DNA of 64,000 nucleotides from Nitrosopumilus sp. Lineage in GTDB: Archaea > Thermoproteota > Nitrososphaeria > Nitrososphaerales > Nitrosopumilaceae. Made by a program: the position numbers and the translations under genes. The notes under the pieces are model-generated. The model was not told where the DNA came from. It made no database searches and worked only from the letters and a program-made list of their open reading frames with translations. The stretch is from contig OZ241857.1 of the NCBI GenBank assembly GCA_965203315.1, positions 1,152,001 through 1,216,000 on the forward strand, read 5' to 3'. Every line of letters starts with the position of its first letter. The stretch's first letter is position 1. Positions 10,442 through 21,556 of this stretch are shown piece after piece.

Positions 10442-13138
10442 CTATGCACAAGGATTTTTATCGCCAGATGTTTCGTCACTAGTCTCGCCATATTTTGCTC
10501 TGCTTGCCTCAATGGCTCGTTCAAATCTTATTTTCTTTCTAACATCCTCACGAATTCTCTCTAGTGGCCAGTCGGGATGCTCACGTTGAACTTGTTGCAT
10601 CATTCGTACTGTCTCTTCTTGTGTATATTTTTTTGGTTGTGCGACAGAACTAGATTTTGACTTGTGAGATATAATGCCAGTACCGTCACAAATTTTACAA
10701 TCAAGAGATTGTGTGCTATTTCCAAAACAGCTATAGCATGTCTGATCAGTTGATTTTCGTTCGTCATATACTGTATCGTAGATATATTCGAAAAATCGCC
10801 ATGATTGATCAACCTCTTCTTTATCGGATACAAGTTGAATGTTATCTGATATGTCAACTATTACACAGTCGGTTGTTCCGTTATTCTTTGGTCCTCGCAA
10901 TCCTCTACCTGCCATCTGATTATACAATACATGACTAAATGTAGGACGTGCAACAAACACACAGTCTACTTTTGGTGAATCAAATCCGGTAGTAAGTATA
11001 TTGTAATTACATAAAACAGAGATCTTGCCTTGTCTAAAATCGTTTGTTATTTCATCTCTCTCTTCAGTGCTAATTTTATGATCAATCGATGCAGATTTTA
11101 TTCCATATAGCGCGTCTAACACAAATGATATAAACCGTGAATGTTCAACAGAACAAGCAAAAAGGAGAATTGATTTTTTATTTTCTTTATTTATTAATGA
11201 ACATATCTTGTTAATTATTCTGTGGTTTCTCTGTGGATCACTTCCAATTGCTTTAATAGTTTTTTCAGAGATATCATGAAATTGTTTAAACTGTTCTATC
11301 TCTTTGTCAGTCATATCTACTTTGTGTCTTGAATAATCAATAATATAGTGATGAGGAACTGCTAGAATTTTTTGTTTGATTAAATGGTCATATAGTTTTT
11401 TCATTTCTTTATCATTTGATGCTTCACTCGATCTAGGAGACTGTAGAATATTAATATATGATATGGCCATATTTGTACTCGTATTTTTACTATCGCTAAC
11501 GTATAGTTGAATTTCATACTTGCCTGGGTCTCTGAATGAAAAGTCGATATTTGCGTCTTGACCCTTTTCATTATAAACTTCTGTGCTTGGGCTATCGTGA
11601 TTATGTTTAAGAATGATAAAGTGATACTCTATAATTCTTTCATCAGTAATACTATATGATCCTTCACCATACAATCTAATCTGTTCGTTTTGGAGTCCAT
11701 TCTTCTGTACAGTAAGAGAAGCATGTGGAGGAACATCAACCTCGTCTGCAAGATCTGAAAATGATGGCCAAAGTATACGATGCTTCTTTCCAAATCTATT
11801 CAATAAACTTGTTGTACTCTTTTTGTCATCATCACCCCTAAACGGAGTTGCGGTCAAGCCAAGCAGGCATGTATGGTTTTCACTAATATCCATACCTGCT
11901 CTTCTCCGAAAGTTAAATCCCAATGCTTCTAAAACTCGATTATAGCTAATATTAGATGGGACCGCATGGTGCGCTTCATCTATAATTACCATTGCGGTGT
12001 ATTTTCCTAATTCTGGAAGAGAACCGTTATCACTATTTTTAGATATACTGTACAGTGATTGTATTGATGCCACTATTACACCATTTTGTTCATCAATATA
12101 GCCACCATCATCACCAGAGTGCTGATATAATATGTCACCGATATTTTTGGCTTCTTTATCATATATTGGATGTAGTCTTAGACTGGAATCTTTTTTGCCT
12201 TTGTGTCTAAACATATCTGCAAACGTATCGAATGCTTGTTGGCATAGTTCCTTTTTATCAACGATCCATAAAATGAATTTCTTATCTTCTTTACCCTTCT
12301 TGCCATCGTTTATCCAATCTATAAGTGTCTCAACAACCAACCTAGTCTTTCCTGCACCTGTCGGTAAAACAACAAGTGCTCTCGATGTATCTATAGTATA
12401 GTTTTCTAGCATATCAAGAATCTTGAGTCTAATACTAGATTGATAATCATGTAAGGGTTGCAACATCCCAATAGGACGTATAGTGTCTGGAAGGAGTTTG
12501 GCTTCATGACTTTGACTAAAGAAAATTTCTCTCGGAAGCTCGAGATGGTCATGATTCTTAGCCTTAAGATGTTCAATGATCGTTTTGCAAAAGCTTTTGT
12601 ATTCTTTATTAATAGTGAACTCTTTAACAAGATCACATAGATTATTTGATACAATTCGCTGTTGTGCAGTGATACACTCTTTATCAGAACAATATAACGG
12701 TTTTTTAAGCCCTAGCTTTTGAGAAAAAATGGGCTGATCCTTATTCCACTTGCTATTACATTTTTTACATGATCCAGCAGACTCTGAATTGATATTACTA
12801 ATTAAACAAGATAAAAATATATCCTTGAATGAACTATCTATTTCAATCTGTTTTTTTATGATCAAGCACAAAAAGCTTGTTCGAGTATGCTTGTTAGTGT
12901 TTACAAGAAAATTTTTACCAACATAATCAAAAAGAATTTCTGCAAAAGATTTTCTTTCTGCATGACTTTCCTTCTCATAATTTTGTAGTTGACCATAAAT
13001 AGAATCAGAGAAACGTTTATCTGCAATACTTGGAATTATATCTTTTCTAATCTCATCATCTGTCCACCAATCATTAAAAATAGATATTATCTTATCTTTG
13101 GGAGGGATTTCTGGCGGCAGATCAAAAAAATCGGTCAT
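10442..13138 (-). CDS. SF2 DEAH helicase (ResIII/YejH-like) with a PKD-like insertion and Cys clusters
   Basis: LPTGAGKT, DEAHH, GLTATP, TGFDSP, QMAGRGLR; FRDPGKYEIQLYVSD lies between the two RecA domains. Confidence 0.85.
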   Translation of the reverse strand: MTDFFDLPPEIPPKDKIISIFNDWWTDDEIRKDIIPSIADKRFSDSIYGQLQNYEKESHAERKSFAEILFDYVGKNFLVNTNKHTRTSFLCLIIKKQIEIDSSFKDIFLSCLISNINSESAGSCKKCNSKWNKDQPIFSQKLGLKKPLYCSDKECITAQQRIVSNNLCDLVKEFTINKEYKSFCKTIIEHLKAKNHDHLELPREIFFSQSHEAKLLPDTIRPIGMLQPLHDYQSSIRLKILDMLENYTIDTSRALVVLPTGAGKTRLVVETLIDWINDGKKGKEDKKFILWIVDKKELCQQAFDTFADMFRHKGKKDSSLRLHPIYDKEAKNIGDILYQHSGDDGGYIDEQNGVIVASIQSLYSISKNSDNGSLPELGKYTAMVIIDEAHHAVPSNISYNRVLEALGFNFRRRAGMDISENHTCLLGLTATPFRGDDDKKSTTSLLNRFGKKHRILWPSFSDLADEVDVPPHASLTVQKNGLQNEQIRLYGEGSYSITDERIIEYHFIILKHNHDSPSTEVYNEKGQDANIDFSFRDPGKYEIQLYVSDSKNTSTNMAISYINILQSPRSSEASNDKEMKKLYDHLIKQKILAVPHHYIIDYSRHKVDMTDKEIEQFKQFHDISEKTIKAIGSDPQRNHRIINKICSLINKENKKSILLFACSVEHSRFISFVLDALYGIKSASIDHKISTEERDEITNDFRQGKISVLCNYNILTTGFDSPKVDCVFVARPTFSHVLYNQMAGRGLRGPKNNGTTDCVIVDISDNIQLVSDKEEVDQSWRFFEYIYDTVYDERKSTDQTCYSCFGNSTQSLDCKICDGTGIISHKSKSSSVAQPKKYTQEETVRMMQQVQREHPDWPLERIREDVRKKIRFERAIEASRAKYGETSDETSGDKNPCA

Positions 13139-14103
13139 AAATAGCCTAAATGTGTATCGTTATTAAAAGTTTGTAACTTTTGTTTATATACGTTGACTTG
13201 ATTACTTGAATTTAATATCTAGTACAATATGATATTCTCAAGGAAATCATAACTCTTTTAGTACATCTCTAAAAAACCCATCATTAGGATCTCGAAGCAT
13301 CCATCTATCTAATAGATTGTTAAAGTTTTGACAGCTAGTCTCTGAAATTATCGTACATGCATAACATGCAGAACCAGAATATTTCATATCTAGAGCAAGA
13401 TTCTTCCGAAGTTCTACAGGATCTCTTTCGCCACACAAGGGATCGCCCGAACAAACATCAGAGCGTCTTATGGTATTTTTGACAATCATCTCAAAATTCT
13501 TTACATTACCCAATCTAACTAGCCCACCCAAACTTCCTCCTGACGAAGCACTCGATGTATAAACAAGTATTCCATTTCGATTTTGTGGATCGGCTGTAGA
13601 ATATATTCTCTCTTTAAGCGATGCTTCATGATATCCTGAATGATTGGCAATTTCACGTATAAGCAAATGTGCAAATGTATGAAGAAATATGTAACGTGGA
13701 GAATTGAACATTTTTTTAATAATCTCTTTCTCAATATGTTTGTGTTTATCTGCATGTTCTGCATAGCTGTCTAGTAGTACATCATATCTTTCACAAACTT
13801 TTGGTCTTTGCTCCCATATTGAAAGTATGTCTTCATCAAAACTGAAAAAGATTCCTTCGCCTTTTGTTTCAATAGCAGGCAACCAATCAATAGAAGATTT
13901 GTTTCGAGAATTAAACATGTCGCTTGAGCTAATTGGTCTGAATGCAGATTTTCTATTTAGTTGTTCTTCAGTGGCAAACGGATCTGGAGAAATACCTCTA
14001 GTGAACCCTCGTAACACATTAATTGCGATCAATCTATGAAATTTCATTAAAGATTTTACATGATATTTTTCTAGTAATGACTTTTGTATGTCTAATGGTT
14101 CTA

Positions 14104-15636
14104 TAGTCACGAACATAATTATTTTCCGGTTCGTTTTTGCCAAATGATGTGATTTCTTTCAACATCCTCGTTGAAATCACATTGATCATAAAACATACGA
14201 GGCAATAACAACAAAAAATCACTGATTATTAGTTCATGGTTGGAAATAAACAAAGATGATTAGTGACCAAAATTTAAAATGTCCAATGGCGCACAAAAAA
14301 TTTAAATTTTTGTTAATGTTGGTATTGAACAATAATAATTAACTAATTGATCATGTTTAGTTGACTATACATGTTTATTTGTTACTATCTTTTATGATAT
14401 GTAATGAATCAAGTATGTGAGGATATGGTTAGCTACATCAAACACATGCCAAATCATAACGTACACAAAAGAATTATTGTTGTACTAACGGTACTAAATT
14501 TTAGTTACACACAAGTAAATGTTGCAGAGATAGCAGGAATTACGCCTCGCACCGTATTTAATTGGATTACACGGTATCAGAAAGAAGGAATTGAGGGACT
14601 CAAAGACAAGTCAGGTCGAGGAAGGAAACCAAAAGTATCTAACCGAATGTTTGAGTACATACTGGGACTCGACAGCACCACAACAGTACAAAGAATTTTA
14701 GAGTTGGTTTTCAATATAACAAAAGTACGATATCATCCCAGCACGATACGACGCAGAATGAGAGAGCTAAGACGCTCTGCAAAGAGCTATGTCCAAGTAA
14801 ATTTCACTAATCGAGCCAGTGATGAGATGATAAAAAAATTCCAAAGAGCCAACATATCTTGGATTTCACGTCTAAACAACATGGGATTTCTAGTGATGGC
14901 AGTAGATGAGATGCACATCAACACCCACACAAAACGTCGTGTAAAAAGTTGGTCAAGGATAGGTGAAAAGATACGCATGCTAGCAGTAGCAGGAAAAGCT
15001 GAGAGAATAACAATATTTGGAGGAATCAGCACTAACGGAAAAATATGTCATACAATACGTCATTCAGCAAATTCTAAAGACTTTATAGCATTTATGAAGA
15101 TCATACGAAAGATGCGTCCCATGATAGAACCAATAATACTCATCCTTGACGGTGCATCATGTCACACTAGTCAAATAAGTAGACGATTTGCAAAAGAAAA
15201 TAACATAAAGTTAGTGCAATTACCAGCTGCTGTTCCTGAACTCAATGCATCAGAAGCACTCTGGAAACAGTTTAGACAATATACTCCAGTCAACAAAGTC
15301 TTTAAAACACTACGATCTCTAGAGAAACATGCAGATGAAACTATGAAAATCATGAAATGTAACGCAAATGTCATGGGTTGTCTTAAGAGAAAGATAATTA
15401 CGCCAAAAATATAGCTTGAAATTACAAAAATCATTGTGTCGTGCAAGAATAAATCATGCAGACGACCATAAAATTTTGATTGTTTTGTGTATTGGCGTGA
15501 ATATCTTTACAACAAATCAAAATTTATCTGACTTTTTTCGTATTTTATGATAATCGTTGTGATTTGAGCTACACGATTAACAAAAGGCAACACGATTGCT
15601 TAACAACGAACCGGAAAATAATTATGTTCGTGACTA
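14104..15636 (+). mobile_element. IS630-family insertion sequence, 1533 bp
   Basis: Perfect 32-bp terminal inverted repeats TAGTCACGAACATAATTATTTTCCGGTTCGTT (14104-14135 and 15605-15636); TA duplication at 14102-14103 and 15637-15638. Confidence 0.93.
14404..15414 (+). CDS. IS630-family DDE transposase
   Basis: HTH (TVFNWITRY..GRKPK), VDE, LDGASCH, PELNASEALW. Confidence 0.92.
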   Translation: MNQVCEDMVSYIKHMPNHNVHKRIIVVLTVLNFSYTQVNVAEIAGITPRTVFNWITRYQKEGIEGLKDKSGRGRKPKVSNRMFEYILGLDSTTTVQRILELVFNITKVRYHPSTIRRRMRELRRSAKSYVQVNFTNRASDEMIKKFQRANISWISRLNNMGFLVMAVDEMHINTHTKRRVKSWSRIGEKIRMLAVAGKAERITIFGGISTNGKICHTIRHSANSKDFIAFMKIIRKMRPMIEPIILILDGASCHTSQISRRFAKENNIKLVQLPAAVPELNASEALWKQFRQYTPVNKVFKTLRSLEKHADETMKIMKCNANVMGCLKRKIITPKI

Positions 15637-16685
15637 TATATCTATTCTAAGATCATGTTGCGGTCCTAATTTTTTACGTTCTGAAACTCTAATAAAATCA
15701 TCAAACTCTTGTTCTAGTGCTTTTTCCATTATAGATACATCATCATTAAGAACAACAAATTTTGATTCTAGTGTCTCTTTTATCTCTGATTCTTCACACT
15801 CTTTCAAAATTTCTTTGAAATCGTCTTTGTAAAAATCAAATATGGTGTCAGTTGTTCTATTACTCTCATAATCATCTCGAATCCTTTTACGTAATCGTCC
15901 TTCGTCTCTATCTAATAATTCATCAATTGGATTAATCCACTTTGGGATTAATAGAGCAGTTGTATTAACTGGATAATAAATCGCAGTAGAATTGACTTGT
16001 ATTCCATACACATCTTCATTACATTTTTCACTATCCTTACTTAGCCATGGCTGGTTTCCATAACAAGTATTAAAATTAAATCTTTGAAATATTTTTTTAG
16101 AAGTTGCATTTCGCATTGATCTCTCTGATCCGCAATGGAGGCATTTTACTTTATAATTAAACCAGTTGATTCCCGTACCAGATTTGAGAAATACTAATTT
16201 TGGTTCTTCGTTGGACTTTTTAGTGCATTTTGCTATATTTCCATCTAGATTTTCTGGAAAATGTGCCCACATCTCCCAAGGAAATTCAGATATGTGCCCA
16301 TTATCACATATTTGTACAAAATATGCATGAAGTAATGAGAGGTTTGAATCGTGACAATCAACACAAGCAAATCCTTTGTAACTAGATGCAACTAGTGGGT
16401 GCTTTTGTAATCGATGACAACGTTGACATAATTTCCATTGTGGAAAGGATATACAAGGTACATGAGATGTGTCATCAGATGATAACATTTGAAAGAAACC
16501 CTTTTTGAGTTGTTGAGATAAATATGGATGTGAGACTTCTCTCATGTGTTTTCTCTCTTCAGTATTTTTTGGCCAAAACTCTAATCCAAGTATCATCACA
16601 GTATCATTTTGAAGATTCACTAGGGAACCGGGTCCGAATGTAGTTATGAGCTGACTAAGTCTAAGTGTTCCTGCGTTGACCATTT

Positions 16686-19600
16686 TTATCTTCCATAGGG
16701 CTTTTGATAATATAAAGTGATTTCTGATTCGGCATCTCTCAAAGATTCCATAACAGTAAAAGCATTTTCATCATAAGTATCTCTAGAAGAGTTTATCAAA
16801 TATAGATCATTTATTTTACTCTTTTGGTATGGGTTTTTACTATACTTTAATGTCCTTTTATTTTCTTCTGCATTCTTGATGAGATCTTGCCATTTTTTAA
16901 TTATATAATCAATATCGATTTTGGTTTGTTCCAATTCTTCAGGATCAATATCTTTCACTCGGTTTAAGATTTGCTCTTTTATTTTTTCAGTAAGATTTAG
17001 TACTCTAGGAATATTGGTGCTAAATCCTGTAGGATCAGTCGATAGAATATTATCTTGTAGTCTTACTAGTGCAAGAAATATTCCATTGAGTCCTCTATCT
17101 CGAGATCTTCCAGAATATGGAGTGAGTGAGCTAGGTTCGATCAATTTATGAAATTCTGTGTGAAAATGAATAAAATTTTCAAAATATGATAAATCGCGTG
17201 GGTTAAGATATGTATAATTTGTTACAACGATCCCAGGATTATTGCGACCTATTCTTCCCGATGCTTGAATATATTCTGATGTATTCTTTGGTTGGCCATT
17301 GATTACTAATAAATTAAGTCTGTCAACGTCTACACCAACAGAGAGCATATTAGTACAAAGCAATGCATCTAGAACTCGATCGCTTCCAAGCTTTGTTTCT
17401 ACTGATTGTAAAATTTTAGGAATCTCTGTAGCTAAAACTCTTCCTGTTAATTCTTCTTTTTGTAATATTTCTGAAGCAACTTTTTTAGCATTATTCTCTC
17501 TTTGAAAAATCTTCTCTGAGTCAATTATAGAATTAATGTAGTGGGGGAGTGTGTCATCATACATACGAACTGATGCTCCTAGATTTTTAATTGTGTTATA
17601 ATAGTTAACAAGTGTATAATAAGGATCCAAATCATCATCAGAAAAATCGAATTTCTCGTTGTTAAAATAAAATGAATTTTTGTTTTCTCGGATATGTCGA
17701 ATTTTTCTTGTTATAGATGCAGCTATTCGAATACCAACATTATACCTACTAGTCGTAGTAGAACATACGCCAATGTGTAACTTGCCGGGATTTTCTTCGC
17801 TTAGTGGTAAAGATTTCGCAAAAAACGATTCTCCAAATTCAAATCCTTGTGGTGGAAAGATCTTTGTTGATTCTAAATTAAATAAATCTTTTATTTGTTC
17901 ACTAGATTTTTTCATAGTAGCCGTAGCTGTAGATGCAATGATTTTAGGTCTAATTTCTTTATATGTAGACAATAGATCTATAGTGGTTTCATATAGACCA
18001 GTTATTGTTCCTAATGGACCTACAATTAGATGTAACTCGTCTTGAATTATTAGTTCTGGAGGAGATAGTTGCCTAGAAACATTGCCAAGGATTGTTCTTG
18101 TTTGTCCATCTTTGAATTTGTGTTCTTTATGGTGTGAACATATTTCATTTTTCACATTTTTCATATTTTTTGGCCTATATCCATGTTTACGACAGAATTG
18201 AGATACATTTCCAAATAATACTGAATAACGCGGGTTCCAAGAAAGCTGTGCAAATTTATCTACAGTCGAGATAAGTAGTGATGGTCGTAAATGTATTATA
18301 TCTTCATCTATAAATACAACAGGAAGAACTCTGTCGGGATCATTTGGTTTACCAAAAAAGCATTTTTCATTGCATCTGATTTGGATTCTTCTCGGTCTTA
18401 ATTTACTTGAAGATTCATATGCATTTTCAAATTCATATGAACGTGCATCTAATCTTCGTCCACACCAGGGGCAATTTAGTAATTGCATGGGATCACCCTC
18501 TTCAATCAGCATGTTTGGATTATGTTGTCTCGATTTTATTTTAGATCTAGCGTCTGCAAAAGCGTTCGGAGTAGTTTTAACTCCAGCCCAGAGACCCACG
18601 AGGAATGGCTCGTCACCAAATTTTACGCTGTTTTTGCCTTTCATTCTTACATATTCACATGCACATAGAAGTGTCGCCGCTCGTTGAAACTGTTGTAGTG
18701 TTAGTAGACGATATGTATATCGCATAATAACGGATACACCATATCGATCTAACTCTTCATCAAACGATTTAGGATCTTTTCCTTTTAATCGCCTATATGC
18801 AAGTGTAAATGCGATAACACCGTAATACGCTTCAGTTTTACCACCACCAGTTGGAAACCATAATAGATCTACTGTTTTATGATCTTTAGAGTCCTTGTCA
18901 GTAATAGATTCAATATTTAGTAATAAAAACGCAATTTGAAACAATCTCCATTCCGGATTGATCTCTGCATCATTTGGATGATCTTCAGTAATCTTTTCGC
19001 CATTCTCGATCTTGTCTCGGTTTTGTTTTACCCATTTTGAATGAAGAATGTTTTGATACATCACTTCATTTGTAAATCTAAAGGCTTCACCTACTAATGG
19101 TTCATTCGAAATTTTGTGTATTCCATTACGAATACGTGTAAGAGCATCATTACAATTGTCAATATTTTGTTTTGGTATATTTTCACTACCAGTTATGAAG
19201 TCTCTTTCAATTGTACTGTCTGAAGTTTGTTCCCATTCTTGTAATTTATCTTTTAGACTTTTAATCCATTCTCCATATTCTTCTACAATTGGTGATAAAA
19301 TATTTTGAAATTCGTTAAAATTTGTGACTTTTGAAAGTACTTGCATGTTTAATGATTTTTTGACTTTAACTGATGGATCTATTGGTTTGATTTCTGGAAT
19401 TTTGTAGTGTGGAATGAATGTAGTTTGAATCCAATCAGTTCTATCTTCTTCTTCGTTTATGTTCCATTCCACAGAACAGTTTTTACCGTGTGCAAAATAT
19501 TTCTCGTTTCGAAATAAAAACATCATTGCCTTATCTGTTTCATCATTTATTGTTTGTTTAATTCTAGAAATATTAAGAAATATTTTATCATTATTTGATG

Positions 19601-20288
19601 ATTCTATTCGTATTTTTGGTTGAAAAACACAATCGCTATCATGAACTCTCCCACCTCTTGTTAAAGATTCATTTGTTAGAAAAACATTTAGTGTCAAATA
19701 GTTATCTTTATTTTTTTTACTTACATTATATTTTAGAAAAATTTTTTTATTGTCCTGTAATTGTATTTCATTTCTAGATAGTTTTAAATCAATTTCAATT
19801 GGATCTAAATCATAATCTACCCTCTTCCAATCTTGTTTATTTATTTTAGATTTTGTCTTTGTTTTAATATTGTCTGGGAGTTTAGATTCTTCTTGTACAT
19901 ATATACCATATGAAACCTTTGCTAGTATAGATTGTTGATCTATTGGAATATGACAGGTTATCCCTAATGAGCTTGGTTTGGTACCTATATTGACTCGCAT
20001 CTCATCTTCATTATCAGATTCCTCCGAATCTTGTAACTGAATGGAATTTTGTTGTATGTGTTCATCTTCATTAGCTTCATCATCCACTTCTAAATTTTGT
20101 TGAGTAGAGTTTTGTTGTACATGTTCATCCTCAACCGAGTTTGTCTGAATCGGGTACAAAACTCCACTCCAGTATCGATTTTTAGGATTGTCATCGAATG
20201 AAAACGATTCATCTGTCTCATGTGGACCTACTAGTTCTTTTTCAAGCTCGTCTAGAATAACATCTCGAATTATACTACCTTTATTCAT
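16686..20288 (-). CDS. drmA: DISARM DrmA-like SF2 helicase, 1200 aa
   Basis: WRLFQIAF, LLWFPTGGGKTEAY, RYTYRLLTLQQFQR, IIQDELHL, TNMLSVGVD, YIQASGRIGR; immediately upstream of the DUF1998 gene. Confidence 0.88.
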   Translation of the reverse strand: MNKGSIIRDVILDELEKELVGPHETDESFSFDDNPKNRYWSGVLYPIQTNSVEDEHVQQNSTQQNLEVDDEANEDEHIQQNSIQLQDSEESDNEDEMRVNIGTKPSSLGITCHIPIDQQSILAKVSYGIYVQEESKLPDNIKTKTKSKINKQDWKRVDYDLDPIEIDLKLSRNEIQLQDNKKIFLKYNVSKKNKDNYLTLNVFLTNESLTRGGRVHDSDCVFQPKIRIESSNNDKIFLNISRIKQTINDETDKAMMFLFRNEKYFAHGKNCSVEWNINEEEDRTDWIQTTFIPHYKIPEIKPIDPSVKVKKSLNMQVLSKVTNFNEFQNILSPIVEEYGEWIKSLKDKLQEWEQTSDSTIERDFITGSENIPKQNIDNCNDALTRIRNGIHKISNEPLVGEAFRFTNEVMYQNILHSKWVKQNRDKIENGEKITEDHPNDAEINPEWRLFQIAFLLLNIESITDKDSKDHKTVDLLWFPTGGGKTEAYYGVIAFTLAYRRLKGKDPKSFDEELDRYGVSVIMRYTYRLLTLQQFQRAATLLCACEYVRMKGKNSVKFGDEPFLVGLWAGVKTTPNAFADARSKIKSRQHNPNMLIEEGDPMQLLNCPWCGRRLDARSYEFENAYESSSKLRPRRIQIRCNEKCFFGKPNDPDRVLPVVFIDEDIIHLRPSLLISTVDKFAQLSWNPRYSVLFGNVSQFCRKHGYRPKNMKNVKNEICSHHKEHKFKDGQTRTILGNVSRQLSPPELIIQDELHLIVGPLGTITGLYETTIDLLSTYKEIRPKIIASTATATMKKSSEQIKDLFNLESTKIFPPQGFEFGESFFAKSLPLSEENPGKLHIGVCSTTTSRYNVGIRIAASITRKIRHIRENKNSFYFNNEKFDFSDDDLDPYYTLVNYYNTIKNLGASVRMYDDTLPHYINSIIDSEKIFQRENNAKKVASEILQKEELTGRVLATEIPKILQSVETKLGSDRVLDALLCTNMLSVGVDVDRLNLLVINGQPKNTSEYIQASGRIGRNNPGIVVTNYTYLNPRDLSYFENFIHFHTEFHKLIEPSSLTPYSGRSRDRGLNGIFLALVRLQDNILSTDPTGFSTNIPRVLNLTEKIKEQILNRVKDIDPEELEQTKIDIDYIIKKWQDLIKNAEENKRTLKYSKNPYQKSKINDLYLINSSRDTYDENAFTVMESLRDAESEITLYYQKPYGR

Positions 20289-20442
20289 TTAGAAGGTTAT
20301 TGACACTGCTTGATAATAAACTTGTACTTGGTAGATATCACACTAGCACAATAAACGATTCAAGGTATATGAACAACGAGTTGGTCAAGTATTGACTCTA
20401 GATCATGCGAACAAATATTCTCCGCCAGCCAACTGTGACAGA

Positions 20443-21246
20443 TTACTCGTAATATGGTCTATAGCCATACCTAGTTCCATACGTAAATTCAGATTCATGT
20501 GTCTTTTTGTAGAAATATCCTGTAGCCACCCCAATTACAAATCCACCTATATGAGCCAGATATGCAACTCCGCCAGCACCAAAACCAAAGCTACCTATGA
20601 ACAGAGGAAGAAGATTCTGAAATATGAGCCAGAATGGTAGAAACCATTTTGCCTGAATATGCATCATCCTCCAAAAGAATCCCAACATCATGAATGTCAG
20701 TATCCTAGCACGTGGAAATATGATCAAATATGCGCCAAGTACACCAGAGATTGCTCCTGATGCGCCAACAGCCGGTGTCGTACTAGATGGATCTGCATAA
20801 ATGTGTGCCAAACTTGCCACTATGCCCCACATAAGATATATGCCTAGATACTTGAAGCGTCCAAACTTTTGTTCAATGTTGTCACCAAAGATCCATAGAA
20901 AGAGCAGATTACCACCAATATGTAATATTCCTCCGTGCATAAACATCGAGCTCAATAATGGAAGATATTGAATATCAGGACATGATAGTGTGAGTTGACC
21001 AAACGATAATGGTAATTGAGTTACACTAGGTTCTGTTATACAGTATGGTACTGCTCCCCACGTATAGTACATGTTTACTGTATTGACACGTATTTGGTTT
21101 CCTTCTACCATTGCAAAGTCTAGAAACTGACCACCTGTCATAAATATCTGAATCACAAATACGATCAGATTTACAGCGATGAGAGCATATGTCATTTTAG
21201 GTTTAAAGCCTGTTGGTGATGGATTCTCATCTCGTAGCGGAAACAT
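20443..21246 (-). CDS. Rhomboid intramembrane serine protease
   Basis: MFPLRDENP start, SMFMHGG..H..GN, GASGAISG, AHIGG. Confidence 0.92.
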   Translation of the reverse strand: MFPLRDENPSPTGFKPKMTYALIAVNLIVFVIQIFMTGGQFLDFAMVEGNQIRVNTVNMYYTWGAVPYCITEPSVTQLPLSFGQLTLSCPDIQYLPLLSSMFMHGGILHIGGNLLFLWIFGDNIEQKFGRFKYLGIYLMWGIVASLAHIYADPSSTTPAVGASGAISGVLGAYLIIFPRARILTFMMLGFFWRMMHIQAKWFLPFWLIFQNLLPLFIGSFGFGAGGVAYLAHIGGFVIGVATGYFYKKTHESEFTYGTRYGYRPYYE

Positions 21247-21556
21247 AGGTTGTGTTGTAGAGTACAAAAATCGTATAATAAGATTAGTGATATTCAAACT
21301 ATGGATAAACGATACCTCAGATAGATGTTCTTGTTTTTGATAACATTGATGTATATTTTGTTAAAGATGTACAATATCAGATCGTCAATCATGGATAAGA
21401 AGAGATCTCTAACAGAACATTTGACTTGATCCAGTATATGATATCTTTTCGTAATAGTTGGAATACAAGAGGACAGACAAGGATTGATAATATTGAAATT
21501 AAGAGATAGTAGCTTATTCTCTTAGATTATTGAAACGTGTACAGAGACTTGTTGTA

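Larger units (their letters stand above)
13247..16683 (-). pseudogene. drmB: DISARM DrmB-like (DUF1998) gene interrupted by IS630
   Basis: N-part LRLSQLITTFGPGS, C..GHISEFPW; C-part GEGIFF, LHTFAHLLI, CSGDPLC, ACYAC..SETSC..FNNLLDR. Removing the IS and one TA restores an in-frame 633-aa ORF (..DLRIDI|EPLDIQ..). Confidence 0.88.

Noticed and set aside
13247-14143. Independent 298-aa gene
   Set aside because: Its N-terminal residues come from the IS end; it is the 3' half of drmB.
20020-20135. Short duplication in the drmA N-terminus (EDEHVQQNS/EDEHIQQNS)
   Set aside because: Small in-frame duplication in an acidic, probably disordered loop.
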